From the human T2T-CHM13v2.0 reference genome, Homo sapiens, in NCBI RefSeq assembly GCF_009914755.1, contig NC_060931.1: a stretch of 64,000 bases of DNA; one strand, 5' to 3'. Positions 40,570-52,896 of the stretch are shown piece after piece (the stretch's first letter is position 1; the number at the start of each line of letters is the position of its first letter). Position numbers and translations under genes: made by a program. The notes beneath the pieces were generated by a model. That model saw only the letters and a list, made by a program, of their open reading frames with translations. It was not told the DNA's origin and did not search any database.

Positions 40570-40928
40570 AGTCTCATTCTGCTCAAGCTGCCATGGGAAA
40601 GTACGTCGGACGGGGTGGCTTATGCAGCAGACGCCTGGGAGTCCAAGATCAAGGCGTCAGCAGGGCTGGCGTGGTGAGGGCTCTGCCTGAGGCTGCGGGG
40701 GCACCTCCTGCCTGTGTCCTCACCTGGCCTTTCCTCTGCCCACAGGAGAGAAGCAAGCAATGGTGTCTCTTTCACTCCTTATAAAGACACGACTCTACAG
40801 GGTTGGGCCTCCCCTGTGGCCTCACTTAAGCTTCATCCCCTCCCTACACACCCTGTCTCCATGTGCAGTCACACCGGGTTAGGCCTCAGCATAAGAGTAT
40901 TGGGGGCATGCAGTCCAACCTCTAACAG
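40570..40928 (-). mobile_element. MLT1A-like LTR
   Basis: gctcaagctgccat...gagtccaagatcaaggcgtcagcagggctgg...tgtgtcctcacctggcctttcctctg...ggtgtctct...ccttataaagacac. Confidence 0.75.
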
Positions 40929-41579
40929 CCCATTGGAGAGAGGCACAATCCTATTATTCAGCCCCTTTTACAGGTGAGGGCCTGAGGCCCAAGAAGTTCT
41001 TTCTTACCTAAGTAAGTGGCAGAGCCAGAACTCCAACTAAGGCAGTTTCTCTATTAAAAATAAATAGTTTATAATCTCCAGAAGAGCGGCCTGTCATGGC
41101 AAGAGGTAGGTGTCAGTTTGGCTCAGAAGGGAGAGGTCCTGTGTTGATCTTCCTGTCCCACTTCTCGCATTTTCCAGCCTTCCTGTCTTTGCTAGGGCAG
41201 CTCCCTCCTGCTAGAAGGTTCTTCTCGATCATCTCTTTTCCCATTAAAATCTCATCATCTTTCAAGACCAGCTCAAGTGCTGCCTCCTCCAAGAAGTCCT
41301 CCTGATCACTCCTGGCAGAAGTCGCCTCCTCTATCTCTCAGAGCATATTCCATCACAACGTTCCCACCTGGAGAGTGGAATTCTGTACATATGGATGGAG
41401 AAGCACTTGTTATGCTGGGAGATGAGACGCTTCACGAGCTACCTGCCTGCTAGATTGCATGTTGTCTCCTGACCTCAAGAGCTTGTTTTATGTGCAGAAC
41501 ACTAGACGTCTGATGATGCGCACACCGCTGGAACCCTCATTCTGTTAGACGGCAGGCCCGAAGAGCACACGCCAAAGTT

Positions 41580-41757
41580 GGTGGCCTAATCCTCTTGGCA
41601 TCTGTTATAGTAAATGCATTTTCATGGGAACACAGCCAGGCCCATTTGCCCAGGTATCACCCACGGCTGCTTCTGCACTACAACAGCAGAGTTGCACAGC
41701 CACAAACCCTAAAATATTCACTGTCTGGCCCTTTCCTCATATTTACCCGCCCCTGCC
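41580..41757. mobile_element. MER58A-like DNA transposon
   Basis: gggaacacagccaggcccattt...ggctgcttctgcactacaacagcagagttg...cctaaaatattcactgtctggcccttt. Confidence 0.75.
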
Positions 41758-42186
41758 CCAAACCCTCCACCACGCGGACCTGATTCCATGCTTCTGGCTC
41801 CCCAGGAGCGAAGCCGTAGATGGTGTCTCTTTCACTCCTTATAAAGATACAATTATACAGGGTAGGGGCCCCTCCCTGTGACCTCACTTAGCTCCCAGCT
41901 GACCCAATCAGCTCGCCTCCTCCACTGAGGGAACCCTGCCATTCTCGGAGGAGGGAGTGTCGTCTGACCAATACGCTGAGGAATGCCAGCTGTCCACAGG
42001 CTGCCATCTGATCCCTCACTCACAGAGGAATCCTTTGTGGAGGTCAGAGTCATTGATCATCATAAAAACAGTCACATTCTTGTGATCTTGGCAGTGCCTC
42101 ACGAAACACAACCTACACCACATCACTCTTGAATGATGTCTCATAGAAACTTGTGGACGGATTTTATTCTGTATTAAAAATGATAA

Positions 42187-42600
<414 letters not shown>

Positions 42601-42833
42601 TAAAGGCCCAGGAAAGGGGCCTGTTGAGGTGAATGATGATGGGCCTCCCAAGGGATGGTCCACCGTGCAGCCGTTACAAATCATGCTGGGGAAGGGAATT
42701 ATGTATGAATCTTAGGTGGAAAAGGTTAGAAAAGATCCTATCTACCAGGAAAAGAAAGAAAACGTGGACTTAATAAGGTCATTATGCCGAGCAGGGGCTT
42801 TGGGAATGTGCTTGATCCCTTCACGGCTCTAGA

Positions 42834-42963
42834 ACAGCTATTCCGCCCCAGACTCCCATCACAAAAACCGCATTCGGGGTCTGTTGCCCGCAGCACCCAC
42901 AGTTATCCCGCCCCAGACTCCCATCACAAAAACCGCATTTGGCATCTGTTGCCTGCAGCACCC
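42834..42963. repeat. 65-bp tandem duplication
   Basis: CCGCCCCAGACTCCCATCACAAAAACCGCATT at 42843 and 42908. Confidence 0.92.
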
Positions 42964-43718
42964 CATGGATCACCACACACGGCTGTTTCTTACATTGGCT
43001 CAAGTTTCAGGGATGAGTGTGGGCATGAGTGCCACGGGGAACGAGGTGTGTTCGAGCCTCCTGAGCACTACCTGAAGGAGACAGACCGACCAGTGCTCCC
43101 AGGTTTCCGTCTCGGCAGCGGCCGTCCATCCGGCTGGCCCGTCCATGCCCATGCCCATGCCCATGTACTGGTGATTCCAAAGCTTCATTTTACGTGAAAA
43201 TCACAGGGGAAAAGTGCAGCTTCCCTGGCCCCTGTTACCAGGGACTCTGATTCTGAGGGACCAGACTGGGAGTAGGTTCCTTCCTTAACAAGTCCTCCGG
43301 GATTCAGACGCTGGTGGCCCAGAGGCCGCCCAAGAGACACTGCCGGGAGCCGGGCGGGTTCCCCCACATGGCAGGCCAGAGGTCTCACTCTGCACACATC
43401 TCTCCTTTCTGCTGTTAGAGTCATTCTTTTGTGGAAACAGCGGCCTGGGCTGGTCCCCATCACTGAGACAGAATCCATAGGCTCAGATGAGGCCTAAACA
43501 ATGATACACCAGTCTCATCCACTCCACAGCACCGAATTTTCTGAGATTTAACGAGAGCCGACTCACTGGGAATATCTCCGGAGCAAGGAATTAAACGCCT
43601 GATCAGAGCCTCAAAGTGGAGGACAGAGGCCTCCACCCCTGGCTGCCCACTGCAGCTGCTTCGGCCAAGTCATGCGACATTTCTGTCTTGACCAGTGGAA
43701 ACCCATGCAGTTGTTCCC

Positions 43719-44193
43719 TGTGGTCGAGGGAACAATGGCCCCAGAGACATCCACGTCTGGATCCCTGGAATGCGAGCCTGTGTCAGGTTCCATGGCAGAG
43801 GATGATGGTTGCTCATCGGTGGCCTTGAGACGAGAGATTCTCCTGGATCATCCAGTGGGTGAATGTCATCCCAGGTGCTTCTGGTGAGGAGGAAGGGAGA
43901 GGAGTCGGAGGAAGGGCTGCGCTGCCAGATACAGTCAGAGAGATGCTGCTGCAGCTGCAAGACAGAAGGGCCCAAGCCCAGTGAGGTGGCCATCCTCCAA
44001 CCTGGAAAAGGCAAGAAAACGGGGGCTCCCCTGGAGTCCCCAGAAGGATGCAGTGTGCTGACACCTGGCCGTAGCCCAGTGAGACCCGTAGTGGACCTTT
44101 GAACCACAGAACTCTCGGATAATAAATTTGTGTTGTCTTAAGCCATTAAGTTTGTGGTAATTTACCATAATAGCAGCAAAAGAAAACTCCCAC
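43719..44193 (+). mobile_element. MLT1D-like LTR
   Basis: atggccccagagacatccacgtc...atccctggaa...ctggaaaaggcaagaaaac...agcccagtgagaccc...taataaatttgtgttgtcttaagcca. Confidence 0.85.
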
Positions 44194-45551
44194 AGCCCTT
44201 GCCCACTTGAGGACCTGCTGCAAAGCTGGGAAGAGGAAGGAGGCAGGAGGCTTCGCTCCGTCCGTCCTTTCTGTTTTAGGGCCTGCACATTTTGTTGTTC
44301 CTTCTTGATTTCTATCCTTAATGATCACAGTGATTTGGGGTAATATGAGCATCAAAGTGCTTTTTTGCTGAAGACCTGTTTGCTTGTTGCCAGTTTTATA
44401 GTGACCCAATAGAATAAGACCAGTAAATTTATTGATGGCAGAAATTAGCCATGTCCTTAAACGCTTTCACAGGGCAGACAGAGACGTCTTAGTCTTCGTG
44501 GTGGAGTTGAGACCGAGGCAGTATCTTCAAAGGTGTATTAAGGTGCCTTTGTTGTCGGCTTTCAACGCCTCCTTTGAAGGACTCGCTCACTTCCCCGGCA
44601 GGTGAGTAAGCAGCTCACAGGGACCCCGTGAGCAAAGCCTGCAAGGGGCAGAGCCAGGCTGCAAACCCAGGCCCTGCACACGGCTCTCACGCTTCTGTCA
44701 CACCACACCCAGAGCATCAGTGCCTCTAATCAACCAACATTTCAGTTCCTACGGTTCAAAATGGGCCTTACAGGACTTCAAAGCATCGATAATTCAGACA
44801 TTTGCTTGGTAAATCCTCTATCATGGAATATGATGAAGGCAACTTCAGATCAACAAACTGGTGTCTGAATTATCACACATTCTGAAATCAGAGACGTCCA
44901 GTGAAAAGAGATTTGTCTAGTAAAAGTAATTCCAGATGTGTAACCCAAAGGACTCGTCTAGGAAGTTCCAGTGGGAAGGACTTTGCTGCTCTCCAGCACG
45001 AGTTATTTTCTCCCAGGACTTTTTCAGCCTGCCAGCCGTACACTTCCCAGACATTTCACCAAATGAAGAGAGAAAGGAAAACAAACAAACGAAAAGCTTT
45101 CTTTAAGTAGCTTTGAACTTTGCACTAGACAGATCCAAATTCATTGGCTTCTGCACTAAAGCTGTCTCCAAGACATCCCTGTTAGGTTCGTAACTAAATC
45201 GCCCACTAATATTTATGCTCTGTCTTAAACAAAGGAAATAGGAGCTGTTGTCAAGGACACGGTGGGGCAGGCAAGGCGAGCCGGTTTCTGGTGCAGACAC
45301 AGCCCAGAGACAAGCTTCAAAAGGACAGCTCTGCCTGGGCCCTCAGAGACGCGCAGCTGCGTCAGCGTGGACTCTGGGTGGTGCCGGATTGTGGATAATT
45401 TGAGGGAATGCACAGCACATTAAGGAGGCTGGGAATGCCGAGGGTCTGGTGGGCCAGGGTCTCTGAGCCCGACGTCCTCTCAGCCACCGTTCAGCCTGAC
45501 CCAGGACAGGCCTCCACCCTCCCATGCGCTCGACTTCTCACTCAGCAGAGA

Positions 45552-45606
45552 CACGCAGCTTCAGCCAGTGCAGCAGCACCACGCAGCTTCAGCCAGTGGG
45601 CAGCAC
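45552..45606. repeat. 28-bp tandem duplication
   Basis: CACGCAGCTTCAGCCAGTG..GCAGCAC twice. Confidence 0.85.
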
Positions 45607-46077
45607 GTGGGCAGCAGGACCACATGCCCACCAGATGCCTAGTGTGGTACGTCTTGGTCATAAATTAGATCCTTAAACAAAAATGTAAGTATACAAAACC
45701 ACGGCCTCACCCCAAAACGCCCAGAAGGCAAACACACTCTCAGCCGAATGGCCTTCTGACCGAGAGCCCTTTTGCGGCTGTTACCCCATTTGATGTTTAG
45801 AACAATCCCAAGAGGCAGCTGTGGCATGGGCATCAGTCAGGGCTCCACTGGAGGGCACTGAACCGCAAGGAACCAGGGCCAGGGCCTCAACCATCCAGCA
45901 AGGTGGCCTTGGGGGAACACACGAGGATGACAGCCGGGAGACTTCAGTCCAAGTCTCTGCTCTGTCCCTTCATCCCCAGACCTGGCTTTTCTTATCTGTA
46001 AAATACATGGAGGGCCTGCGGTGGTGTAGACACAGCATGAGAACACTGCTTCTCAAGTTTTATTGCATGTTTTTTAA

Positions 46078-46414
<337 letters not shown>

Positions 46415-46979
46415 ATCCAAGGGTTTTGATGACTATTTCTGAGATGAAACCTAGAAATCCATATTTTAGCAAGCTTCTAGGCACTTCTGACACAGGTGGT
46501 TCAGACTACTGTCAAAACCTGGAAACTTTGGAGAGCAAAAGTGAGGTGATTAATGATTAAACTGGGGCAACAGCATAGCCTGAGGCTGACGTGGGCAAGT
46601 TTCAATGGAAGGTCACGCGAGGGCCGGCCATGCTTTCGGAAGACGTTCCTCTGTGTCATTGGAGGAGCAGCGTTGGCTGATCTGGTCAGGGATTGCACTC
46701 ATGCCTGTCATAAACATCAGAAGAGGGTTTACTGTCAGCTGTGGATTAAAACTCAAAGGCCAGAGATCAGGCTACTGTTCTTCTTCCCCATGAGTGCAAA
46801 TGCTTTTCCCCTGCATCAGTTGGCTCCAATAGGCTGATTCTTTTAAGGGTCAAAGTCCCACACTCTCCTTTTTATTATTACCCTGTTTCCTAAACGAATA
46901 AGAAGCAACAGCACATTTGAGTCACCTTTTATCATCCTAAGATGCCGCTCTTTAGTTTCTCTTTGGGGCACAGCCAACC

Positions 46980-47460
46980 GTGTCCAATATCCATTCTGCC
47001 TGTCCTCCTCAGTAAGGAAAAACCGAGTTTGAGCTCTCTCTGTGGCCATCTGGAATCAAGATTCTGTTTCCCAGCTCCTCATGCAGTGAATTGTGGCCAC
47101 GTCGAAGTTCAGGACATGGGATCGAAGTAGACTTGGCCTGGGCACCTTCTTGGAAGTGCTCCAAAAGAGAAGGGCATAATCTTTCTTGCCCTCCTTCCTC
47201 CCTGTTGGCTAGAATAGGAATGTAAGAGCTGGCACCCTGGCAGCTCTCCTGGGCTATGAGCAACCTTGGGAATGGAAGCCAAGCACAGTGGAACAGAGGG
47301 CTAAGGAGGAACCCAGTTCCCTGCCCCAGGGGCACGTTTCAGCCAAGGATGTAATGTTTCCAGGCCTCCTAGCTGTGACAGAGAAGTCTTATATCCTTTA
47401 CACAATGCTGTTAGTTGGAATTATCCTTTGCTTGCTGTCATAACTAATTCTGACAGACAC
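46980..47460 (+). mobile_element. MLT1J/K-like old MaLR LTR
   Basis: gtttcccagctcctcatgcagtg...tgtggccacgt...ctggcaccctggcagctctcctggg. Confidence 0.5.
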
Positions 47461-48409
47461 ACCTTGCCTGTTCCCTCTTCTGTCAGCCAAGGCTGGGGAA
47501 CAGAACAGAAAATCAGGATGCCGCTGCGGGAGCAAGAGATACCAGGGTGGTCACGGGAAGAGATCCACCGGGGCAGGTTCCCAGAATTCCTTTTCTCCAC
47601 CATAATTCCACGCATCAGCCATTGTATGAGGCATCTGTCATATAAGCTCAGTCACTGGAGATGAAGGCACTTCACAAATTCAACGCCTTTTGCAAATGTA
47701 CCCACTGTCTCTCTCAACAGCTGTGCTAGGTGGCCCGGCAGGGACAGTAAATGCACTGGGCGCTGAGATGAGGCTCCCTGTTCACCATTGGCGGGCACGT
47801 GCTCGGTGTTTCACTGTGCGTGGAGAATGCCAGGCTGCCATGTAAGCATCTGAAGGAGGCAAAGCGACTCTACCCTATCACCTCCGGGTCCAGCATCACT
47901 GAGGATCCCCCCAAGTGTGGCTCCTGTGGTGACACCCAGACTCACCACCTCAAACGACCCCACCTCTGAAACCATCAGCTCTAACTTCACCTCCGTGCTT
48001 CTAGGCCCACCGAGGCCCCTAGCACCCCCTCAGCCCACTCTAGCTTCACTTCCTCTCCAGCCTTTCCCAGAGTCCCCGGCCCAGCACCGAGGGCTCTCCT
48101 GCACCCTGCCCTGTGCACATCTCCATGCCACACAGGTCTGTTCCGGCACCTGCCCGCCTGCCACCGCCTTACCCTGGTGTTCCCAGAACTCCTAGAGAAA
48201 GCTTCAGTCACAAGGGTGCCACTGCCATCCCTGCTCCAGCCCAGGGCTCACGGCGCCCAGCAGTGCTGCTGCCATCCTCAGAGAGCTGTTCTGCCCTCCT
48301 GCCCCAGGCTGCCAGGCCTCTGCCCACTTCAGCTGGAGCAACAGGGCTTCCCCTGGTGCACAGAGCTAACGAGAAAGCCAGAGTGAATCCCACATTCAGC
48401 CTTCCTACG

Positions 48410-48577
48410 CCTCTCTCTGTCCCTATGTCTACCTCTGTCTCTCTGTCTCTATCTCTCTCTGTCCCTCTCTGTCTCTGTCCCTCTCTCTTTCTCTCTTGCT
48501 TGCTCTGTCTCTCTGTCTCTGTGTCTGTTTCTGTCTCTGCCTGTCTCTCTGTCTCTCTGTCTCTGTCTCTCACACAC
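48410..48577. repeat. (CTCTGT)n-like pyrimidine tract
   Basis: Degenerate CT/CTGT repeats. Confidence 0.9.
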
Positions 48578-49756
48578 CCCTCCACTCCACCCTATCTGTG
48601 CCCCTCGCCCCTCAGTGGCCCGGGCCCCCCTCTTCTTCTGCTTGTAGCCACCCCCTCCTACCAGCTGGGTCCTGCCCCATTTCCTCCAGGCCCTTGGTCC
48701 ATTGATTCTCTTTTAACTCTAGCCTATCCCTTTCAATTTATTATTTTTAATAAGCAGAGAAAGATTCCCAAGACTTTAATCTTAAAAAGAAAAGAAAAGA
48801 AAAAATTCTAACCTAGAAACACATCCCCCTAAATGTGGCCCTGTGACTCCCTCCCAGCTCAGGCAGCCAATCCTCCAGAAACTCCCCTCAAGGGCTGGCT
48901 TCCTCCCGTCTCTGATTTCCTGTCCCTGCAAATCTTCCCCCCAAGGGAGCCAGGGTGCTGCTGGGCACCTCTCTAATGTGCCTTCTCGGTGGCATGAGAC
49001 ACAGCCAGGCACCCTCCCTGAGGGCGGTCTCCTCTATGACTGAGTCTCTCTGGCTTCTTGTCCTGTTTTGCCACCTGCTCTCCCCCTGGCTCTGTCTTCA
49101 CTGATTCCCTGAAAGCAGAGCCTGAGCCCGAGCTTCTCTCTGCTGCCCACTGGGGAGTCCCAAGGAGGGGTGGGGAAGGCCAGGAGGCTGATTAGGCAAG
49201 TATGCAGAGTCGGGGTCCCCAACCGGCCACTGAGGGCTCCAAACACAGCTGGCTGTGCCCTCTCACAGGGCTGAGAGCCCCCATGAGCTACTGAGGCCCA
49301 AGGTGGCCCATCAAAAGGACAAAGGGAGGAGAGCTCCTCACCATCCTTAGTCCAAGGCCCACTCCTGGGACTCTTCAGTAGCACCACTGAAGAGTGCTGG
49401 GTGCATCCCAAATCCGCAGCAGCAGTGAGCACGGGGCAGAAGCAGCCAGCACCTGGGGCCTGAGGCACATACTGTGTGCTGTGCCCCAGGGCTCCCAAGA
49501 CCAGATCACCTCGGTGGTGTCTGGGGTGACTTGCGGGGCCAAGAGTCCAGGAGACAAGTGAAGGCTGAAAGGGCCCAGGGCAGGGCCAAGGGGTGTCTCC
49601 CCATGAATAGTAACAGGCCCAGGCCCTGCCCCCGTTCTTCCTGCCCATGCTAGTCTCTCAGCTCCACATTCATATGTGCCATCCACAGAGACCTCAGCTT
49701 CACATGTCAGAAACTAGGCTCAGGACGGTGGTTCCCACAAAACTTAGAAACAGAAG

Positions 49757-50301
49757 TGTCAAAACTAGCTCGGTCGGGGAGACCCTAACCCAGCGGTGCT
49801 GGAGGAATTAAAGACATACTCACAGAAATATAGACGTGGGAAGTGGGAAATCAGGGGTTTCACAGCCTTCAGAGCTGAGAGGCCCGAACAGAGATTTACC
49901 CACGTGTTTATTAACAGCAAACCAGTCATCAGCATTGTTTCTATAGATGTTAAATTAACTAAAAGTATCCCTTACGGGAAACGAAGGGATGGACCGAATT
50001 AAAGGAATAGGTTGGGCTAGTTAACTGCAGCAGGAGCATGTCCTTAAGTCACAGATCACTCATGCTATTGTTTGGCTTAAGAATGCCTTTAAGCGGTTTT
50101 CCACCCTGGGTGGGCCAGGTGTTCCTCGCCCTCATCCCTGTAAACCCACAACCTTCCAGCCTGGGCATTAGGGGCCATTATGAACATGTTACAGTGCTGC
50201 AGAGATTTTGTTTATGGCCAGTCCAGTTTTGGGGCCAGTTTATGGCCAGTCCAGTTTTGGGGCCAGTTTATGGCCAGATTTTGGGGGGCCTGCTCCCAAT
50301 A
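49757..50301 (-). mobile_element. 3' LTR (MER9-type)
   Basis: Minus strand t(a)ttgggagcaggccccccaaaatctggccataaac...ccccgaccgagctagttttgaca; preceded by PPT agagaaggggga (~50304-50315). Confidence 0.93.
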
Positions 50302-51294
50302 TGTCCCCCTTCTCTGATTTGCAAATCGATAAAAGCAAAGGCAGCTTTGTCACGGTGAGCTACTTCTTGCAGGAGTCAGGATCCACATCTGCAGACTATA
50401 CAAAGACAAACAACACAGATTAAAAGCACAATCATCTTTGAAATCACAGAGCTTCCAAGTGTTTTTTCTCCATTTTCAGCTCCTTTGAGCACTCCAGGTT
50501 CTGGAATTAAGGTCAGGTGTGCCTGGGATGCTTTAAATATTTGTTCTTTTCATTTTAAATCCTTATGTTAAGCTCCTAGAGCAGCCCATATCATTTGAGG
50601 TTGAGGTGCCACTATACCGCCATGGTTCCAGATAATAGGAACTCTTGCCGTACTTCTTACCATTTCTACCATCTGACCGTTTTGTTCAGATCATCTGAAC
50701 ATAGTGTGGCCGTGGCACGCAGACTGGGAGGTGCAGTTCAAGCTAAACATCCCCTTGGGGGACCAATTAATAATGATTCCGCAGGAATCGTTGTGCAGCA
50801 CCTCTGCCTGTTCTGCAATGCAATCTTCCAAACAAGTACGCTCATTTTTTCTAACTGGTTCCAATCCTGTTTACAAATAGGTTTTTGAGGGTGGTGTGTG
50901 TCAATTATAAGAGCAGATTTATTATGGTGAATACTGAGATCAGAAAGCATGTGTAACTGTCAGAGTGATTGCATCCAGTCATTATTGCCAGCCAAGATGG
51001 ATAAATAAGTAGAACTGTTCTCTGTGTAAGCCCTTATTGAAGGAATACTCACGGCGGTGGTGATAACCGCTATCAGAGCTATCATTAAATTATTCATTGT
51101 GACTGGTTGTCCCGCTTTCCTCAGGTTTTCTTCCGCCATCTGTGACAGCTTCCTGTTCTGTCCCCAGGTGGGTGGCTGTGTTCGATGGGTGTTGCTCGTG
51201 ACAGTTGGGGTCCTCCGCAGCGTCAGTCTTGACATGGCTGCAACCGGGGGTCCTCGGGATCCTCCTGGAATCTCTTCCTCTGCATCTGGCTCAT
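50302..51294 (-). pseudogene. env: Deleted and frameshifted env remnant
   Basis: Leader PPTWGQ..KLSQMAEENL...LMIALIAVITTAVSIP resembles the HML env signal peptide; TM tail-like VCRC...EGG next to the PPT; only ~1 kb in total. Confidence 0.8.
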
Positions 51295-52896
51295 GATAAG
51301 GTTTCAGGTGTCTTGATGGTATCCAAATCGGCTGTTGATTTTGGCCTGGAGAAACACAAGCATAACCTCTACCCCAAGTTATTATTTTACCTATTTCCCA
51401 ACGTTTTGTAATTGGATCTCTCCACCAAACCAGTTGTTCCGCTTTTGTCTTTGCAGCTGGTTTCTGTAAATGCTGTTCAGCTGCTGATAACATCTGGTCT
51501 TTGGGCAGGCTCAAAAAATTTAAAGTTAATAATGCTAGGTTCAGTTGCATCTATGGGGTTCCATATACTCTGTCTCCCCCTTTCTGCTTTTGCAACTGCT
51601 GTTTTAGGGAAAGATACATTCTTTCCACTATGGCTTGTCCTTGAGAATTGTATGGGATACCAGTAATGTGTTTAATATTCCACAAAGAGAAAAATGTAGC
51701 TAGAGTTTGGCTAGGATAGCCTGGGGCATTATCTGTTTTAATAGAAGCTGGAATGCCCATCACTGCAAAACACTGCAAGAGGTGACATTTAACACAGGCA
51801 GAAGGCTCTCCTGATTGGCCTGTAGCCCAAAGTGAGAAAAGGTGTCCACACATACATGTACATAAGCTAGTCTCCCAAACGAGGGAAGATGTGTGACATC
51901 CATTTGCCAAACAGAGTTAGGTTCCAATCCTCGAGGATTAACTCCTCCTGTAAAAGATGAAGAATGGGCCATTTGGCAAGTTGGGCATCGCTGGATAATA
52001 GCTTTAGCTTCTTTCCAGGTAATACTGCATCTGCGTTTGAGACCAGAGGCATTCACATGGGTTAAATTGTGAAAGTGTCTAGCATTTGAGATTGCATTAG
52101 CAATTAGGCGGTCAGCCATTTGATTCCCTTCAGCCAAAGGTCCTGGAAAAGGTGTACGAGACCTAATGTGAGTGATGTAAAAAGGGTGCATTCTACTTCT
52201 AACTGCTCTTGGCAGTTGGGTAAATAAAGTCATCAGTTGTTCATCTGTATGAAATCGTAACTGAGCACTTTCAATTAACTGTGTGGAATGAACCACGTAT
52301 GAAGAATCAGAAATCACATTAATAGGCATATCAAAAGCAGTCAATACCTCAATTACAGCTACAAGCTCTGCTTTTTGAGCTGAAGTATAGGGCATCTGGA
52401 AAACTTTACTTTTCGAGCCAGAATAGGAAGCTTTACCATTACTAGACCCATCTGTGAAACAATGAAAATGCTTAGCAGGCTGCAGGTTGTTTACTGCAGG
52501 AATTGTAAATGCAAACCCTTCACAGTCTTGCTCAGCTAAAGAGATAGTAAAGAAACTGTCTTTTAAATCTATGACTATTAAAGGCCAATTTTTTGGAATT
52601 ATAGTAGGAGAAGGCAATCCTGGCTGTAATGCTCCCATAGGTTGTGTAACTGAATTAATGGCTCTTAAGTCAGTTAACATTCTCCATTTACCTGATTTTT
52701 TCTTAGTTAGGAAAACTGGAGAATTCCAAGGGGAAAATGTTGGAGCTATGTGCCCATTTTCTAATTGTTCGGTAACTAATTTCTCTAAAGCCTCCAGTTT
52801 CTCTTTGCTTAGCGGCCACTGTTCTATCCAAATTGGCTTATCTGTTAACCATTTTAAAGGTATAGGTTCTGGAGGCTTAACAATGGCCACCATCAA
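51250..52896 (-). pseudogene. pol: pol remnant: truncated RT fused to RNase H, then frameshifted integrase
   Basis: WIEQWPL, SPWNSPVF, KWRMLTDLR, IDLKD; FTDGSS, AQKAEL, SDSSY; H-H-CC zinc finger, [27 protein letters not shown]. Confidence 0.92.

Noticed and set aside
43143-43166. (CCATGC)4 as a p53 element
   Set aside because: CATG cores are preceded by pyrimidines, so they do not fit RRRCWWGYYY; simple hexamer slippage
48113-48811. 232-aa ORF
   Set aside because: Runs through a CT microsatellite; low complexity
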